Shown: positions 13,126 to 26,790, counted from the first letter of the stretch. The stretch is DNA of 64,000 nt from Lama glama (GCA_028534125.1 CM052817.1:86802001-86866000), one strand, 5' to 3'. Program-made: numbers and translations. The notes: a model not told the origin generated them from the sequence alone.

Positions 13126-13781
13126 AAAAACTCTTTTATAAGACATTAAAAACAAGCAGGGGATCAAGGAGTTTTTCCATGTGTAGAATATAATCTTCCA
13201 GAATTACTCCAAGATCACTGCATAGAAAATAAAAGATTGAGTGTGCTGTCATGGTGTCAATGAATTGTGTCTAACACAGAAAATTAAAGAACTGGAAGAA
13301 CTTCAACTTATAAAACAGAAGCTATTTTGAAGACAGTTTTATTGAAAGTTACTTCAAGATAAATGCATTAACAAAAAAGCACAAATAGTTAATGTTACTC
13401 ACACATTAATCAGATCTTTAACTTAGTCTTTTGGAAGGTTGTAAAATATGCTCAATGGACCATTTTCTGGCAAGTTAGAAGTTTTGTTTGACCGACAAAA
13501 AGTGAGTTGTTCCATTTGCTTTTCTTTTTGTTGTTGGTTTTTGTTTCTGGGTTTTCTTTGACTTTGGTTGACTTTTTATTTTTCATTTTTGTAAGAGCTT
13601 AAATCTTAGCTTAAAAATGAGGTTACACAAAATAAAATCTATATATCCAGTGTCTTTTCAAAAATCAGTTCTGGCAACACTGGAACCAAGTTATACATGA
13701 CATGGCAGATACAGCCACCTCCAGTGGAAGCACACTCTTTCCTGTTCGCCATTTCCTGTTAACAGATGCCAGCCAAGTACC

Positions 13782-14005
13782 TGTCAAGAGTACAGGCTGG
13801 AGTCAATCATCCCTGGGTTGAATCCTAGCTTTACCACGTACCAGGTACGTGATTTGGGCAATTTCCAGATTCCATATCCATAAAATAAAGATAACAATAA
13901 TAGTGCATTAATTTCTGAGAGATTAATGATGTAATGCATGAAAAAATATTCAGATTCTTTCCTGGCATCGAGTAAGTAAGTGCTCAATAAAGGTTAGTTA
14001 TTATT
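13782..14005 (+). mobile_element. MIR
   Basis: gtcaagagtacaggctggagtca..ctgggttgaatcctagct..cctggcatcgagtaagtaagtgctcaataaaggttagttattatt. Confidence 0.88.
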
Positions 14006-14109
14006 TTGTTATGTATTATTATTATTATTAACTATTAGTTATCTTTTTTTCCCAAAGGGAAAGAATATTTCACTACACTCAAGCTTTTCTCTCAGAGATA
14101 GGGCTGTTA

Positions 14110-14560
14110 GCCAGTAGAACGGGTGTTTTCAGTAGAAAACAGGTGGTATGTACCAGTTATGATAAATTAAAGGAAAATTTAATAAAAAGACTGTTTAAAA
14201 ACGAGCAGGGAACAGGGAACCTCCAAGGAATAGTGGAAGCTGTCAATCATCCTTGGCCTGAAAAACAAGGGGAGATAATGGCTACCAGCTTCCTGAAGGA
14301 GGGAGAGGTTTGTGGTGGAGAGGAATGACTTAAAAATTGCTGTGGCTTTTAGATGAGGGAAGCAGGCAGATTGAGAAGACCGTGTAGGAGAGAAGAGAGC
14401 TGGCAGAATAAACCCTGAGATCTCCGTTCTCTCTTCCGTTCTCATGACCAGCTCAGCTGAAACCCAGAGGGCTAAGGAGCTCAAGCGATGCAGTCTACAA
14501 AGTCAGCCTCCGGGTGGACAGACATCAAGCTGAGCATTCATTGAAGATATCCAAGTACAC
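14110..14560 (-). mobile_element. LTR33-like ERVL solo LTR
   Basis: ccagagggctaaggagctcaagcgatgcagtctacaaagtcagcctccggg..gaagatatccaagtacaca matches the reverse of the recalled LTR33 5' end. Confidence 0.75.
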
Positions 14561-15049
14561 AAGTTGGAAGCCTGCCCAGCAACCATGAAACAATACTCTT
14601 TTATTATTAATGCCACATTTTCTAGACCCGCGTGGCTGCTAGAAAATCATTATAGTATGGTATATTATTGTTTCTTGCCCTTTACTGTCTGGTTCCCCCT
14701 AACTTGTCACCTCTTCAAATCATTAAGTAAATGAAACTGGGTGGTTAAGTTTTCTTTTTTTTTTCCAAATTACATAGATTTCAATTTCTATTACCTTAAA
14801 GGTAATAGAAAGTCAGCTCATTAGATGATTAACTTTGGAAGTTCCAGAAGCTTCGTATTGGTACTTGGGATCACATGATGTAAACAGGTTGCTCTCTGCG
14901 CAAAAACACCTCAGCATAGCAATTTGGACAAGGCATGCATTTGCATCTCCCCAGAAGGCACTGTGCTTGATGGAAGTACCATCACTTTAATGCAGCTATG
15001 TACTGTGATGTAAAACAATGTATTCTTTTTTACAGGTGTGTCATTAAAA

Positions 15050-15390
15050 GACACAAGCACAAGAAAAAAGGCACAGATGCTGACAGAGAGAGCGCTCCCT
15101 GCCTCTAATCAGCTACACACCTTCCTGGTAAATGCTCAGCAAGCCAAGCCAACACACCCGCAGCTTCCAATTAGCATTTCACTTTCTCCCACTTAAAAAT
15201 GGAAAGGCATCAAAAAGACTGCCAGACATCTGAGAAAATCTAACACGAAGGACAGACCCCAAAATAAAAAGGAAAATAATTAACTTTGGATAAAACAAAA
15301 ATATAGAGAGCAGAAGATAAAAGAAATTAAAAAGCAGTTAATATTTTGAGAGAAATAAGAGATCTCTGATGCACGAAAAGGAAAAAAACA
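15050..15390 (+). mobile_element. HAL1 / old L1ME 5'-ORF1 fragment
   Basis: cagcttccaattagcattt..cacttaaaaatggaaaggcatcaaaaagactgccagacatctgagaaaatc resembles the HAL1 ORF1 start region. Confidence 0.6.
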
Positions 15391-16048
15391 AAAAACAAAA
15401 AACTACCCCGGACAAGTTGAAACAGAGAATTTTGTTCTGAGGAACAGCAGCTGCAACTGAGGGTATGAACAAATCTTACTAGCGGGAAAATAAAAGGGAC
15501 TATCTGTAAATTTAGTAAGTCCCTGGGAATCCTTCCCTTAAATATGTCCTTGAATTCTAGCTACCAGGTTTATCCCTTCAGGCATCACTGTACAAAACAA
15601 GAATAGTATGTTGGATTTTTTGTTATTGAGTCAGTAATTTGCAGGAAAAGGTCAAGATTATCTATTTTGAAAACTAGAGCTGGACCAGCTGGACAGGACA
15701 TTCAGGGGTTTTTTTCAGGGTGCAAAGGAGGTGTGTGTTAATGTGCATATGTGTCTGCCAGTGTCTGATTTTCCCATCTGTGTAATAAAATACACATCCA
15801 ATCATACTGATGCCAGGGCAAAGTATAAGCTTTGCTTTAACACTTCAAATATGCTAACGTTTTTCCCCAGATATGAAGAAACTATTTTTAATTGAAAACA
15901 ATCACTTCTATGTAAAAATGGAGTGTGAAGTATCCTGAATGTTCAATAAACTGAATAACAGTTGTGTTAAGAATTATTAAAAAAAAAAACAGTTGAGCAT
16001 GCAGAAAGATTTTCAGGAAATACCTGAGCAAAGTTTGCATTTCACTGT

Positions 16049-16088
16049 TAAGTCCTAACTATCAATTATAAGTCCTAACTATCAATTA
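16049..16088. repeat. Perfect 20-bp tandem duplication
   Basis: taagtcctaactatcaatta occurs twice in tandem. Confidence 0.95.
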
Positions 16089-16564
16089 CATTACTAAAAA
16101 AAATATAAAGTCATTTTGATGATTATGAAGACTTTATAACTCCAAAACCAGAATATAAAGTTTCATAGGCTTTGAGAACAAAATATGAACTTAAAAGGCA
16201 CTGGGTCCTACTCTCAGAAAACTAAACTCCACAGAAAGTAAATGACTTCTTAGGACCCCTTATCTTCTAATGTCAGAGACCAAACACAACCCAAATTCTT
16301 ACATGATCCTAATTGTGTGGATTTCTCAAATCATCAGGATACTTAAATAACACCTCCTATCTGAAAAATTCAAAGGAATTTCATCAACAGACTTGCATTC
16401 AAATTTCCACTCCCCACACTCATGATATGTTACACTGGGGAAAACAGTTTTACTATATTTTATTTTTGACTTATTTCTTAGATTTATTTCTTAGAATGCA
16501 ATATGAAAGTTCTTTGTTTTTAGTCAAGTGCTATGTACATTGCATTTTGTTTTTTTGTTTTATG

Positions 16565-17480
16565 ATTCATTCATTCATTCAATGACAATTTTCTGAAGGC
16601 CTTGGGTTGAACAGTGTGAATACAGAACTCAATTAAGCACAATCCAAAACCCAGTGAGCTTTCAATCTATTAGGGAGAAACTAATACCTAAACTATAAAT
16701 GCAATATTAAGATTCAGGAACCACTGCAGAAGTAGACAAAGGGTTCAGCTGTACAAAAAAGAAGCAGTAGTAAATTATATCTCTAGGATAAATGGAAAAT
16801 TCACAGAGAAGATTATACGAACTTACTCTTGAATGATGAGTAGCTTTTAACCATAGAGACAGGTGGTGTGGAGACGGTGGTGATAGCAGGGGGTGGGGAA
16901 TTTTAGTGGGGAGGTACATTCAAACAGGGAGAATGTTTGTCAGAAACGGAAAAAAAAACCCTGAGAACTGAATTTGAATATTTGATGGTGATATCTGAGG
17001 GGAACTTAGGAAAAGATGATGCTGGCAAGTCAGCAGAGGCAGAACTTGATGTCTCCTGAGGCAATATTGAGATAAATGGATATTTTCTTTTCCTCCTACA
17101 GGCAAACATAACTGAAGCAAGTCAGGGAATATTTATGTTTTAAAAATATATAAAAATTGTTATCAATGAATTAGATGAGATACTCAATTCTAGGAGACCA
17201 GTTGAATAGTTATTATAACTGTCCGAACCCTGAAGTTAATGTAACAGACTGAACAGGCACACGTGCTTCAGCGGGAGTCGAGTGAAGCTATGGTCACAGG
17301 TACGATTTGGGTCAGAGAATTACGGTCCATTTTCTGGTTACTGACGTTCATGATCATGCAAGTTGTGATAACACTCCTTAAAGCTGGAAATAATGGAAAA
17401 CTGGTAAATTCGTCAGGAGAAAGTAGAAAGTTCACTTAAGCAAATTCTTAAGGGAAAATGGAAATGCTGATTAGACAGTT
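16565..17480 (-). mobile_element. L2 3' portion
   Basis: It starts with the (ttca)n reverse L2 tail, then gagctttcaatctattagggaga..ggaaaattcacagagaag..ggagaccagttgaatagttattataactgtcc. Confidence 0.65.
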
Positions 17481-19744
17481 GCATATGTAGATGAAACTTG
17501 GGGGAAAACATAACTGTATGGGACAGAGAAAATCACTAGGCAGACCATATGTGATGAGAAGAAAAGAGCAGCAATAATAAAATTCCACTGGAGTTTTTGT
17601 TTTTAAATATTGATAAATTATAAGACATTTTGGTAATACTAACTTCAAAAATGCACCATAAAAAAAGTAATACACTTTCAATTTAAGTTTGCTATATCTT
17701 TAAGCAGCCCAATATTTTTCTTCATTTTACTTTCCTAAGAAAGCACTCTATCAGAGCAAGAAGCTCCAAAAGTACATATTTAAAGCAGCAAATGTTAAAT
17801 ATTTACTTGCTATATTCATTTAGAGTCAATTTTCTTCTGTACATTGAGAATGAGTTTTCTTGAAACTGATGAAACATGAAACATGAAAACATTGCTAGGA
17901 GTCTCTGAAATGTTCTCAATAACCGTGAAATATTCACTTAAAATAGGAAAATTCTTAATCATAAAAAATTACTAATTATCTTACCCAAATCTTCCAATAA
18001 ACACTCAGACTCATTTGCATTTTATTCTAATAGATCGAATTATTTACATGACTGAATGAGTGAGTAGGCAACAGAACAGCATAACATACAAGATTTCTCT
18101 GGATTCATGGTCAGTCATAGATCTACCTACATGGTCAAACTATGTGGTGTATGTTTGCAGGAATTTAAATACCAATAACTATATTATAGGCCATATGTCT
18201 AATTTACAAAACTGGACAACATTTTAAAAAGTTTTTTAAACATGATATTCTTTGTGGACTTATATGCCTCATAATGAAGAAAAATACAGAGCATATCCAG
18301 AACAGTGTCCAATTAAGCTATACTCATGAGTAGTGTAAATCCTTTAAAGTAGTAAAGAAAAGAACACAAGATATATTTATGCTGTATTTCCTAAATGTTA
18401 CAACAGAATGAGCAATTTTGTGACGGTAAAATAATTTCCACGTTCAGATACAATTTTAAAGTATTATGCTTTCATTCTACATAGAACTTCTGTGTTTCAG
18501 ACATCTGGGAATTTAAATGTCACCTAAAGCTCAACTGTGAGCTATGTAATCATTGAATGATCATTCAATGTGATATTTACAATTTTCATCAATTTTGCAT
18601 ATTAAAAGAATTTTCAATTATTTAACTATAAAAGTTTTGATTTGATTTCAATCTAACGTCTATCACATCTGATTGTACTTGACGTGTAATTAGTTTGATG
18701 AATATATATGTTTGATTTAAGTTTGCTTACTGAATATTTAAAAGGTAAACTTTTTCCTGTTTTTACTCATTGTCTTAAAATATGTCTTAGTCTGTACTAA
18801 CAATATAAAATGAGTTACGTAATCAACTACCCCTCTAATGCTAGGCTAAAAAATTTTTATCTTAAATGTGTAATTCATAACAATATAGCATAAAAATGTA
18901 CCAAAATATTTCACTTCATTTTGCATGTGGAAACCTGGGTTAAGACAAATCAAAGACATACATCTTTGTATTAAGAAAATATATCATGATGATAAGGTAT
19001 TAATCAACAAATTATACACTATATTCTATTAGTTATTGCATAGATGATGTGCACATATAAATGTGTTTCACACAAGGGAAAAATGAATTGGCAAGAAATA
19101 TTGTACTGGTTTATTTCTTTAAGTTCTGTTACTGATATTCAAACATAAAGAATGAGAAAAGGCACACATCCTACGTCGCTGCTCCTATGTAGTTTCCTGT
19201 AAAGTGCTGTGACTATTTCTACTAAGAAAAGAGTGGATCCCAATCTACATTTTAATTTAAATACTATAGCACATTAGAGCACTGTTTGCTATGAAATGTC
19301 TATAGGAGTGTTTTTATATCTACTCTTAGTCAAACTCTGCCAATCTAAAAAGATAAGTTAATTAATAATTAGCAGTGACAGGTAGGCATTACTCATGATT
19401 CAGATTCCTTGGTGAAAAATGGACCAGTAAAAGCCAGCATAGTGATCGTGGACAAGAGCATGATGGGCAGGGGGTGGTGAGGAAAGGGGGACGATAACAA
19501 TTCTACTCTGAAAAATCATTTTATCCAGATTAAAAAATTCTATTTCTGGTCCACTCCCACCACTACCACCCTGCCTGTGTGAGCACACTGGTTCAGAGTG
19601 ATTACATTGGTGCCATGGAGAAGGATCTCTGCCAGTTAGTGAAAATTCTCCTCTAAAAACATATGCCCAATGTTACTCAGTTTTGATTTAGCAGTGTAGC
19701 AATCTCTATTTGCACAGAAATCTGGCATAAGTATAGAGTGGTAT

Positions 19745-20170
19745 TTCTGCCCATTTTGGTTGCAACAGATACTCACAATATTAGTGTTACCAAAAATAGA
19801 AGTTCACTGCTTTCTCACGTAAGTATTTTGAGGAACAAAATCCTGGGTCTGTTATGGAGGATTTGGTCTATCAAGTCCTCAGAAAATCAGGCTATTTCTT
19901 TTGCGTTGATTAGCCCTGTGCTAAATCCACTCTTAGTGTAACCTCATAGTCCAAGTGGTTGATGCAGCTCCGGCCATATTCTCTGCCTTCCACATAGAGG
20001 AAAAAGGAAGATACAAATGAGAATAGACAAGAGTCTTATCTTTAAAGAAAGTTTATGGAAGCAACCACAGGACATTTTCTAATTACAACCCAATGGGCAC
20101 ACCTAAGTATTAGAGGGGATAAAATATGTAAGTTGTCTTCAGGGAGGCATATGTCTACTTATTCATTCTG
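19745..20170 (-). mobile_element. Old MaLR LTR (MLT1K/L/M group)
   Basis: ttggttgcaacag..cctcatagtccaagtggttgatgcagctccggccatattctctgccttcca..ggcacacctaag. Confidence 0.65.
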
Positions 20171-20524
20171 TTATCAGGTAAGAATGTTAGAACACATACT
20201 GGGAAAAAAGTAGCAGTCTGGGCACAATGTTCCAACATATTGGAAACATACAGCCTGAACTATACTTATTAAAATCGCATTATAAAAGAGTATTTTATAA
20301 ATACTGGTAAAATAAAAATAAATAAATAAAATAAATTGAAATGAAATAAAAATGTTGGGATGATAAATCACTAATTAGGAAAGCAAAGTTTGAAATAATA
20401 TGCTATTAACTGATAATATACACAAGGAACAACAATGAGAATAACTTAGCAATTTATACAATATTATGAAAACTCATTATTTCAAAGTAATGGAACTGTA
20501 GAAATAAAAGGTCATTATAATATA

Positions 20525-20770
20525 GAATTAATAACTCTGACTTCTGAGAAATATTGCCTATCTTTGGAATCGGACTCTAATACTCAACTAGCTGTATATT
20601 CTGGGCATCTTATTTAACCTCTTTGTGCCTGAATCTTCTCATTTGCTAAAAAGCAAGATATTTATTACCTTTTTTATAAGGTAGTTATGAGGATTAAATA
20701 AGTTAATATATATAAAAACCTTAAAATCATACATGGAAAATAATAATAATTCAAAAAATATTAGTTACCT
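20525..20770 (+). mobile_element. MIR
   Basis: actagctgtatattctgggcatcttatttaacctctttgtgcctga..ggtagttatgaggattaaataag. Confidence 0.85.
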
Positions 20771-21603
20771 ATATATCTAAGTGGTTTTATTTTTTTCTTA
20801 CTAGCAATTTTATATTTAATGTTTTATTTTTAATAGAAGTTATATATGATAGATATATATAATGTATATACACGTGTGTTTATATATTTCAAATTCAGAA
20901 GACATTACAAGAAATAAAGCAAGAAAGCTTCATTTCCAACATTTCCTACATAGAAAGTACTAATAGTCTTTCATGGCTAATACTTAGGGTAGAAATTTAT
21001 AGCCATTTCTAAAACTTTCCTAGGTAATAGAGGACATGGATATGTGTGTTTGCTTAAGTCTACACACACAATGTCAGCAATGTAATCTAGTTCCCTCTGC
21101 AGTATCTGCCATGTAGAATCAGTTGATACAGTCTAAGATTCCAGAAATGGTACTGAAAATGCTGTAAGTGGTTCAGTAAATCCACATGTAGAAATTTCCA
21201 TCAGTGGCTGCATGGTTAAAACAAAACAAACTATAACATAAACCCAGCTTTTAAGCATCTGACCTAGTATTTAAGGGAAAGTAAGAATAAGAAGTTATGA
21301 CATAAATTATGAAAAGCAAAAGGATCAAAGAACTCCAGAACAAATATGTCTCTGCACAGATAATGGTTATTGCTATAATTCCACATTACTAACATAGCTT
21401 GTATTTCTCCACCTTGACAGGGAAAAGAAAATAACCCATGAGCCATCTGCATTTTATCACAATCTTTAATTTTTTTAATAAATGAAAATAATCTCAATTT
21501 TGGCTCTGTTTAAAATTAAAATTTCATGTAAAGGATTTCTTCTCCCTCTCTGTTTAGCTAGTTTAGAGGAAAATTATGCCTTTCCAATCAAGATCTGATA
21601 TCA

Positions 21604-22810
21604 GCAAAACATTCTGTGACATAAATCTCAGCAACGTTCTCATAGGGCATTCTACCCAGGCAATAAAAATAAAAGCAAAAGTAAACAAATGGGGCCTAAT
21701 TAAACTTATAAGCTTTTGCACAGCAAAGGAAACCATAAGTAAAACAAAATGACTACCTACACAATGGGAGAAAATATTTGTAAATGATGTGACTAACAAG
21801 GGCTTAATTTCCAGAATATACAAACAGCTCATACAACTTAGTAAGAAAAAAACAAACAACCCAATCCAAAGACGGGCAGAACACCTAAACAAACATTTCT
21901 CTAATGAAGACGTACAAATGACCAATAAACACATGAAAAAATGCTAAATATCATAAATTACAAGAGAAATGCAAATCAAAACTACAATGAGGTATCACCT
22001 CACACCAGTAAGAATGGTCATTATTCAAAAGTCCGCAAACGATAAATGCTAAAGAGGGTGTAGAGAAAAGGAAACCCTCCTACACTGTTGGTAGGAATGT
22101 AGTTTGGTGAGCCATTATAGAAAACAGTATGAGATTCCTCAAAGAACTAAAAATAGACTTGCTATATGATCCAGCAATCCCACTCCTGGGCATATATCCA
22201 GAGGGAACCCTAATTCAAAAAGATACATGCATCTCAATGTTCATAGCAGTACTATATACAATAGTCAAGACATAGAAACAACCTGAATGTCCTTCATCAG
22301 ATGACTGGATAAAGAAGCTGTGGTATATTATACAATGGAATACTACTCAGCCATAAAAGAAGAATAAAATAATGCCATTTGCAGCAACATGGATGGACAT
22401 GGAGATTGTCATACTAAGTGAAGTTAGCCAGAAAGAGAAAGAAAAATACCATATATATCACTCATATGTGGACTCTAAAAAAAAAAAATAAAAGACAAAT
22501 GAACTTATTTAGAAAACAGAAACAGACTCACAGACATGGAAAACAAACTTACAGTTACCAAGGTGGAAGAGGGGGATGGAAGAATAAATTGGGAGTTCGA
22601 GATTGCAGATACTAATTACTATATATAAAATAAACAACAAGTTCATACTGTACAGCACAGGGAAATACTCAATATCTTGTAATAGCCTATAATGAAAAAG
22701 AATATGAAAACATATATGTGTGTTTGTGTGTGTTGTGTATAACTAAATCACTATCCTGTGAGACAGAACTTAACACATTATACACTGACTATACTTCATT
22801 AAAAAAAAAA
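21604..22810 (+). mobile_element. 5'-truncated, relatively young artiodactyl/camelid-type L1 (ORF2 C-terminus, 3' UTR, poly-A) with ~14-bp TSD
   Basis: It translates to KWGLIKLISFCTAKET (L1 ORF2 motif KWDLIKLKSFCTAKET) followed by an in-frame stop. The 3' UTR contains gggagttcgagattgcagatac..tataatgaaaaagaatatg and ends in an A10 tail. Flanks are aagatctgatatca (21590-21603) and aaaatctgacatca (22807-22820). Confidence 0.95.
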
Positions 22811-24664
22811 TCTGACATCAACCACTTTAAATGGCAAAATAAAAGATTTAAAATTAACTGTCTAGAACTGTAAACAGAGATAAGAGGGCTTGTAACTGGA
22901 GAGATGTAAATGAAGAATAACAGAGAACCATCAGCTCCCTTCAATGATCAGAGGAATCCAACCTACAGCAATTTTTTTGCCCTGAACTACTCAGAGAACT
23001 GCCATTCTCTAAAGCTGTTACAGATAAGCCTGCAAAATAATTCTTTCAGAGCATAATAATGTAAGAACTACCCCACACACACTGATCTCTGCAACCGTCT
23101 ACTGGATTCCGACTGTGAAGCCAACCAATTTAAATCATATCACCTCATTTTTTTGCTGAGTAGGTAATTCCTTCTTGTCTCCTAAATGAGCAAAACTCTA
23201 TAATTCATAGTTTTTAAGTTGTTTAATAAAGGCTTTTTAGCAAGGAAATTGCCTCAAACTGATAGGCCATGGAATTTGAAGAGCTGACAGTTCGGTTGAT
23301 ACTGCCTTCTCAGTAACTTGCTGGTGCTATATTTTGAGCAAATAATTGGATAACACTTTTCTTTCCTCCAAAAAGTCTCAGGATTTTACAGTGACATTCC
23401 CAGTGTCAGCAGTGGCTTCATCAACAGTTATGTAAAATGTGAAGATGCCACCAGGAAGTCCTGTTTCACACTTCAGAAAACTAATGTTAGTGGATGTGTG
23501 GGTGGGAGGGTGTGGAAAAATAAGCTGTGTATGGCAGCAAAGTTTGTAATGGAATGTTTGAAAAAAAAGAAACGATTCCCAGAATATCACTCTGTAGGCA
23601 GTGGGCAACCTAGTGATTCTGTGAAAAATGCACACTTCTGAGGAAGAAGGTTTTTGCATCTGTTTCAGGCAAAAATTTCATCTACTCCTAATGGGAAATA
23701 TATGCAATAGAGAATAAAAATCATTTTACAGGTGGTAGATGATCTGCTATCAATTCCAGTCTTTCTGTGGTCCTCAAGTAGAGTTTGTCAATAAAGCTAC
23801 AAATCCCGTCAGGAAACAGAACACTACACTAGGATTCTTTAAATAATCATTCTAAGAAAGAGGCAAAATAAATGGCCAAATGTGCACTAGAAATGAAATG
23901 CTATATTTAAAATTTTCTGAGCACATCAGACAATGAGTGAAGGAAATAGTATAACTTAAAAAGCATTTTTGATTAAAAACAGTAAGTATGACAGTACTCC
24001 CTTTGTTTCTGCCTGGGCCCTATTACAAGCAAACACAATGATGATATTTGATGTAAAACTGTCAAGTGAGACACAATCTTATTTATCTTCCAAGTGCATC
24101 TTTTTGGCACATGATTTTGCCAGTTTGCAGAAAATCTCTCCCTACACTCTTGGATGGGATATGACTTTATGTGACTACATCCACTCTGCAAAAAGAAGTA
24201 TTCTCCATAAAATATTTCAGTTGTGCTTCAGAAGGATGACTCCCAGCTCTCAAAATATCATCTGACTGAATACTGGCTTTCATTTTCAAAGCAATTTCAA
24301 ATTTTCATGACAAATAAAAATCATTACATAGAACTACATATGTGTGTGTGCATGTATATGTGTGCATATATATATATTTTTTTTTGAGAGCAGTGTGCTA
24401 CAGTGAGAACCACATAAAGAAATCCAAACCTGTGAGGATAAGGATGCTACACTGTGGTAAGACCACGGAGACCACTAAGCTACTGAATAACTGGCAAGTT
24501 GAGGTTAAAGTTGCTTCCAAGGATTAAGACTTTCTAAGCCACCTTGGAAAAAGAATCTACCCATAAGTTGCTCCTCAGACCCTCCTAGCAGGATACCAGG
24601 TAGGAAAGAAATTCACCCAAAAGGTATGTTTGAAACACTCTAGTGGAGTTCCAAAAAACAATGG

Positions 24665-25500
24665 TAGGATTTCTGGTTTCAGCCCTGATATAAAGAACTT
24701 TGATGATTTCACTCCATTCCCAACAAGTACAACAATAAAAACTGAACAAACTAAAAATCATTAACTTCCTTGGACCCATCAGAGAACTGAAGTCCCAGGA
24801 TAAGTACCATCTTGAGATCTGAAGAAACAAGTGAACCTGGAGTCATAGTCAAAAAAGATCTCCTTACCCTGAGCAGAAGCCACTGGAGCCATAACTGAGA
24901 GGAACAATTAAAAGGTAGTTTTGATGACTTGTTGGAGGCTGAGTGTAGCTTTAGATGAAAGTCAGAAACTTCTCAGGGCTGCAGTCTTCAGAGGATTCTC
25001 ATACTTTCATGGGATTTTTGTTTAAGAGCCCCATTAGGTTCTCATGATGAAGATGCAGAAAGATTCCATCGAGGCTCTAGAAGAGGAAAGAGATGAGTAA
25101 TTAATCCTTGTTATACCACTATGCCATGAGCATTGCCTCTAACAAAAGCCTACCATCTGGGAAGACTCTACCACAGTCCTGTCCCAAAGCTTTGATAGAA
25201 GGTCATTCCTCCCACTTCAGCCTCCTCCAGACTTCCTGTCTCACATAAGGAGGGAAAAAAACTGTACAGGAAGAATACAGTATGAAGTTCTGAAGCCAGA
25301 AACACAGGTCTACTAAAAGATTGAGATAAACTGGAAGGTTATAGAAGCCTCCTCGCCAACACCTAACACCATATTAACAGGACTATAACAATAGTGGGTG
25401 ATAGCTGAACAAGCTACAAGACAGACTCTTTCTGAGGAAGGGTACTAAGAATGCTTGCTAAGTCACCGGCAACCAAAGATGAAATAATAGATGCTAAAAT
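24665..25500 (+). mobile_element. Old L1 5' UTR fragment (L1MDa/L1MC-type)
   Basis: gatttctggtttcagccctgatataaagaactt..aaaactgaacaaactaaaaatcattaacttccttggacccatcagagaactgaagtc resembles an old L1 5' end. Confidence 0.65.
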
Positions 25501-26790
25501 GTTGAGAAAAAGTGTGGTCCCTGATAGACTAAAGTGAGCATTAGAAATCCAATATGGATTGTTTGGGAGTTAACTTACATTTACTCTATTTTTATTATCA
25601 TGACACTATAATATCACTGGCCGATGGGGCCTGAAGAAATTCAGATTGCACCAGAAGATGAACGTCAAAGGAAAATACAGTACAACAAAATGAACAGCAC
25701 AGTCAATACATTGCAAAGGACCATCCTCTATGTTTTAGTAACAGGCTACATCAATAAACACAAATAAAATTTCATGAACTTTAAAGAATTCAAAGGAAAA
25801 AATCTGTATTCAACCTACTATCATTGGTTATGCCAGATCTAGAAAATGGAAGGAGAAATCATGTTGGGGGCAGGTGGGAACAGATTTTGCACAGAAGGTC
25901 AACCTTGAGATTCTCATGTTCTGTTGCTGCCAGCAGCTAAGAATAGAAGTGCAAGGTCTCACCAAGAACACTGACACCCACCACCACCACTTCAGAGACA
26001 TTGCAGGACAGTGGCCTGCTCTAACAGCTAACAATACCCTGGTGAGATTGATGAAATTTACTGTGGCTTCCATGTGTGTCCTGTGAATCAATGACTTTTA
26101 GGAACTTCTTCCCCGACGTTCACCCAACCCTTCCAACAATGGTTAGGTGAGCCTAAAATGGCCTATGTTAAGTCCTTTCTTCTCCAAAATCCTGGAATGG
26201 CTATTGTTTTCCTGCCTGAAACAGGACTTTTCAACTAAATGAGGAATACCAATATATATTTTTAAATGATATAAAGTTTTTAAATTACTCCTCTAGGATT
26301 TGAGAGAAAATTATTCTGATTTGTAGCTTTTACCACCTTAGAAGCAGAGTGCTTAATTTAGTATCTCTAGGGTTGCGTTTCCTCTCTCAACTGAGAGCTC
26401 TAGCCAAGAACTTTTCTAGTTCTGTCACTCCACAAGTCCAGAATGTTAAGATTAATTTGGTTAGAGAGATGACAAAGATGAATATTCCACATTGTAAATA
26501 TTGTTGGCATAGTGAGTTTAACAGAATGGATAATTTGTTTTGACATAAGAAATCACCTTTGCCTTCTAAAATTAACTTTTTTGTAGTAAAAGATAATTAT
26601 AAAATAAAATGGACACATTCTTCCTATATCAAATCTTTGTATTTCTCATGTGTATGATGAATTCTGACAGTTTCATACCTACATTGGTAGCAAATATCTA
26701 AGATAACCATTCAAGGTAAGAAATGACAGTGCTAAACACTAAAAAGCTTAACAGTCATTTATATTTGGTCCCATTCCAAATACAAGGTCC

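Noticed and set aside
15036..15127. Apparent plus-strand exon (tttttacAG..CTG|GTAAAT) with one open frame
   Set aside because: It mostly overlaps a HAL1/L1 fragment, the donor is weak and the peptide is unrecognised.
21563..21934. 123-aa minus-strand ORF ([16 protein letters not shown]...)
   Set aside because: It is the antisense frame of L1 ORF2, a common artefact, not a gene.
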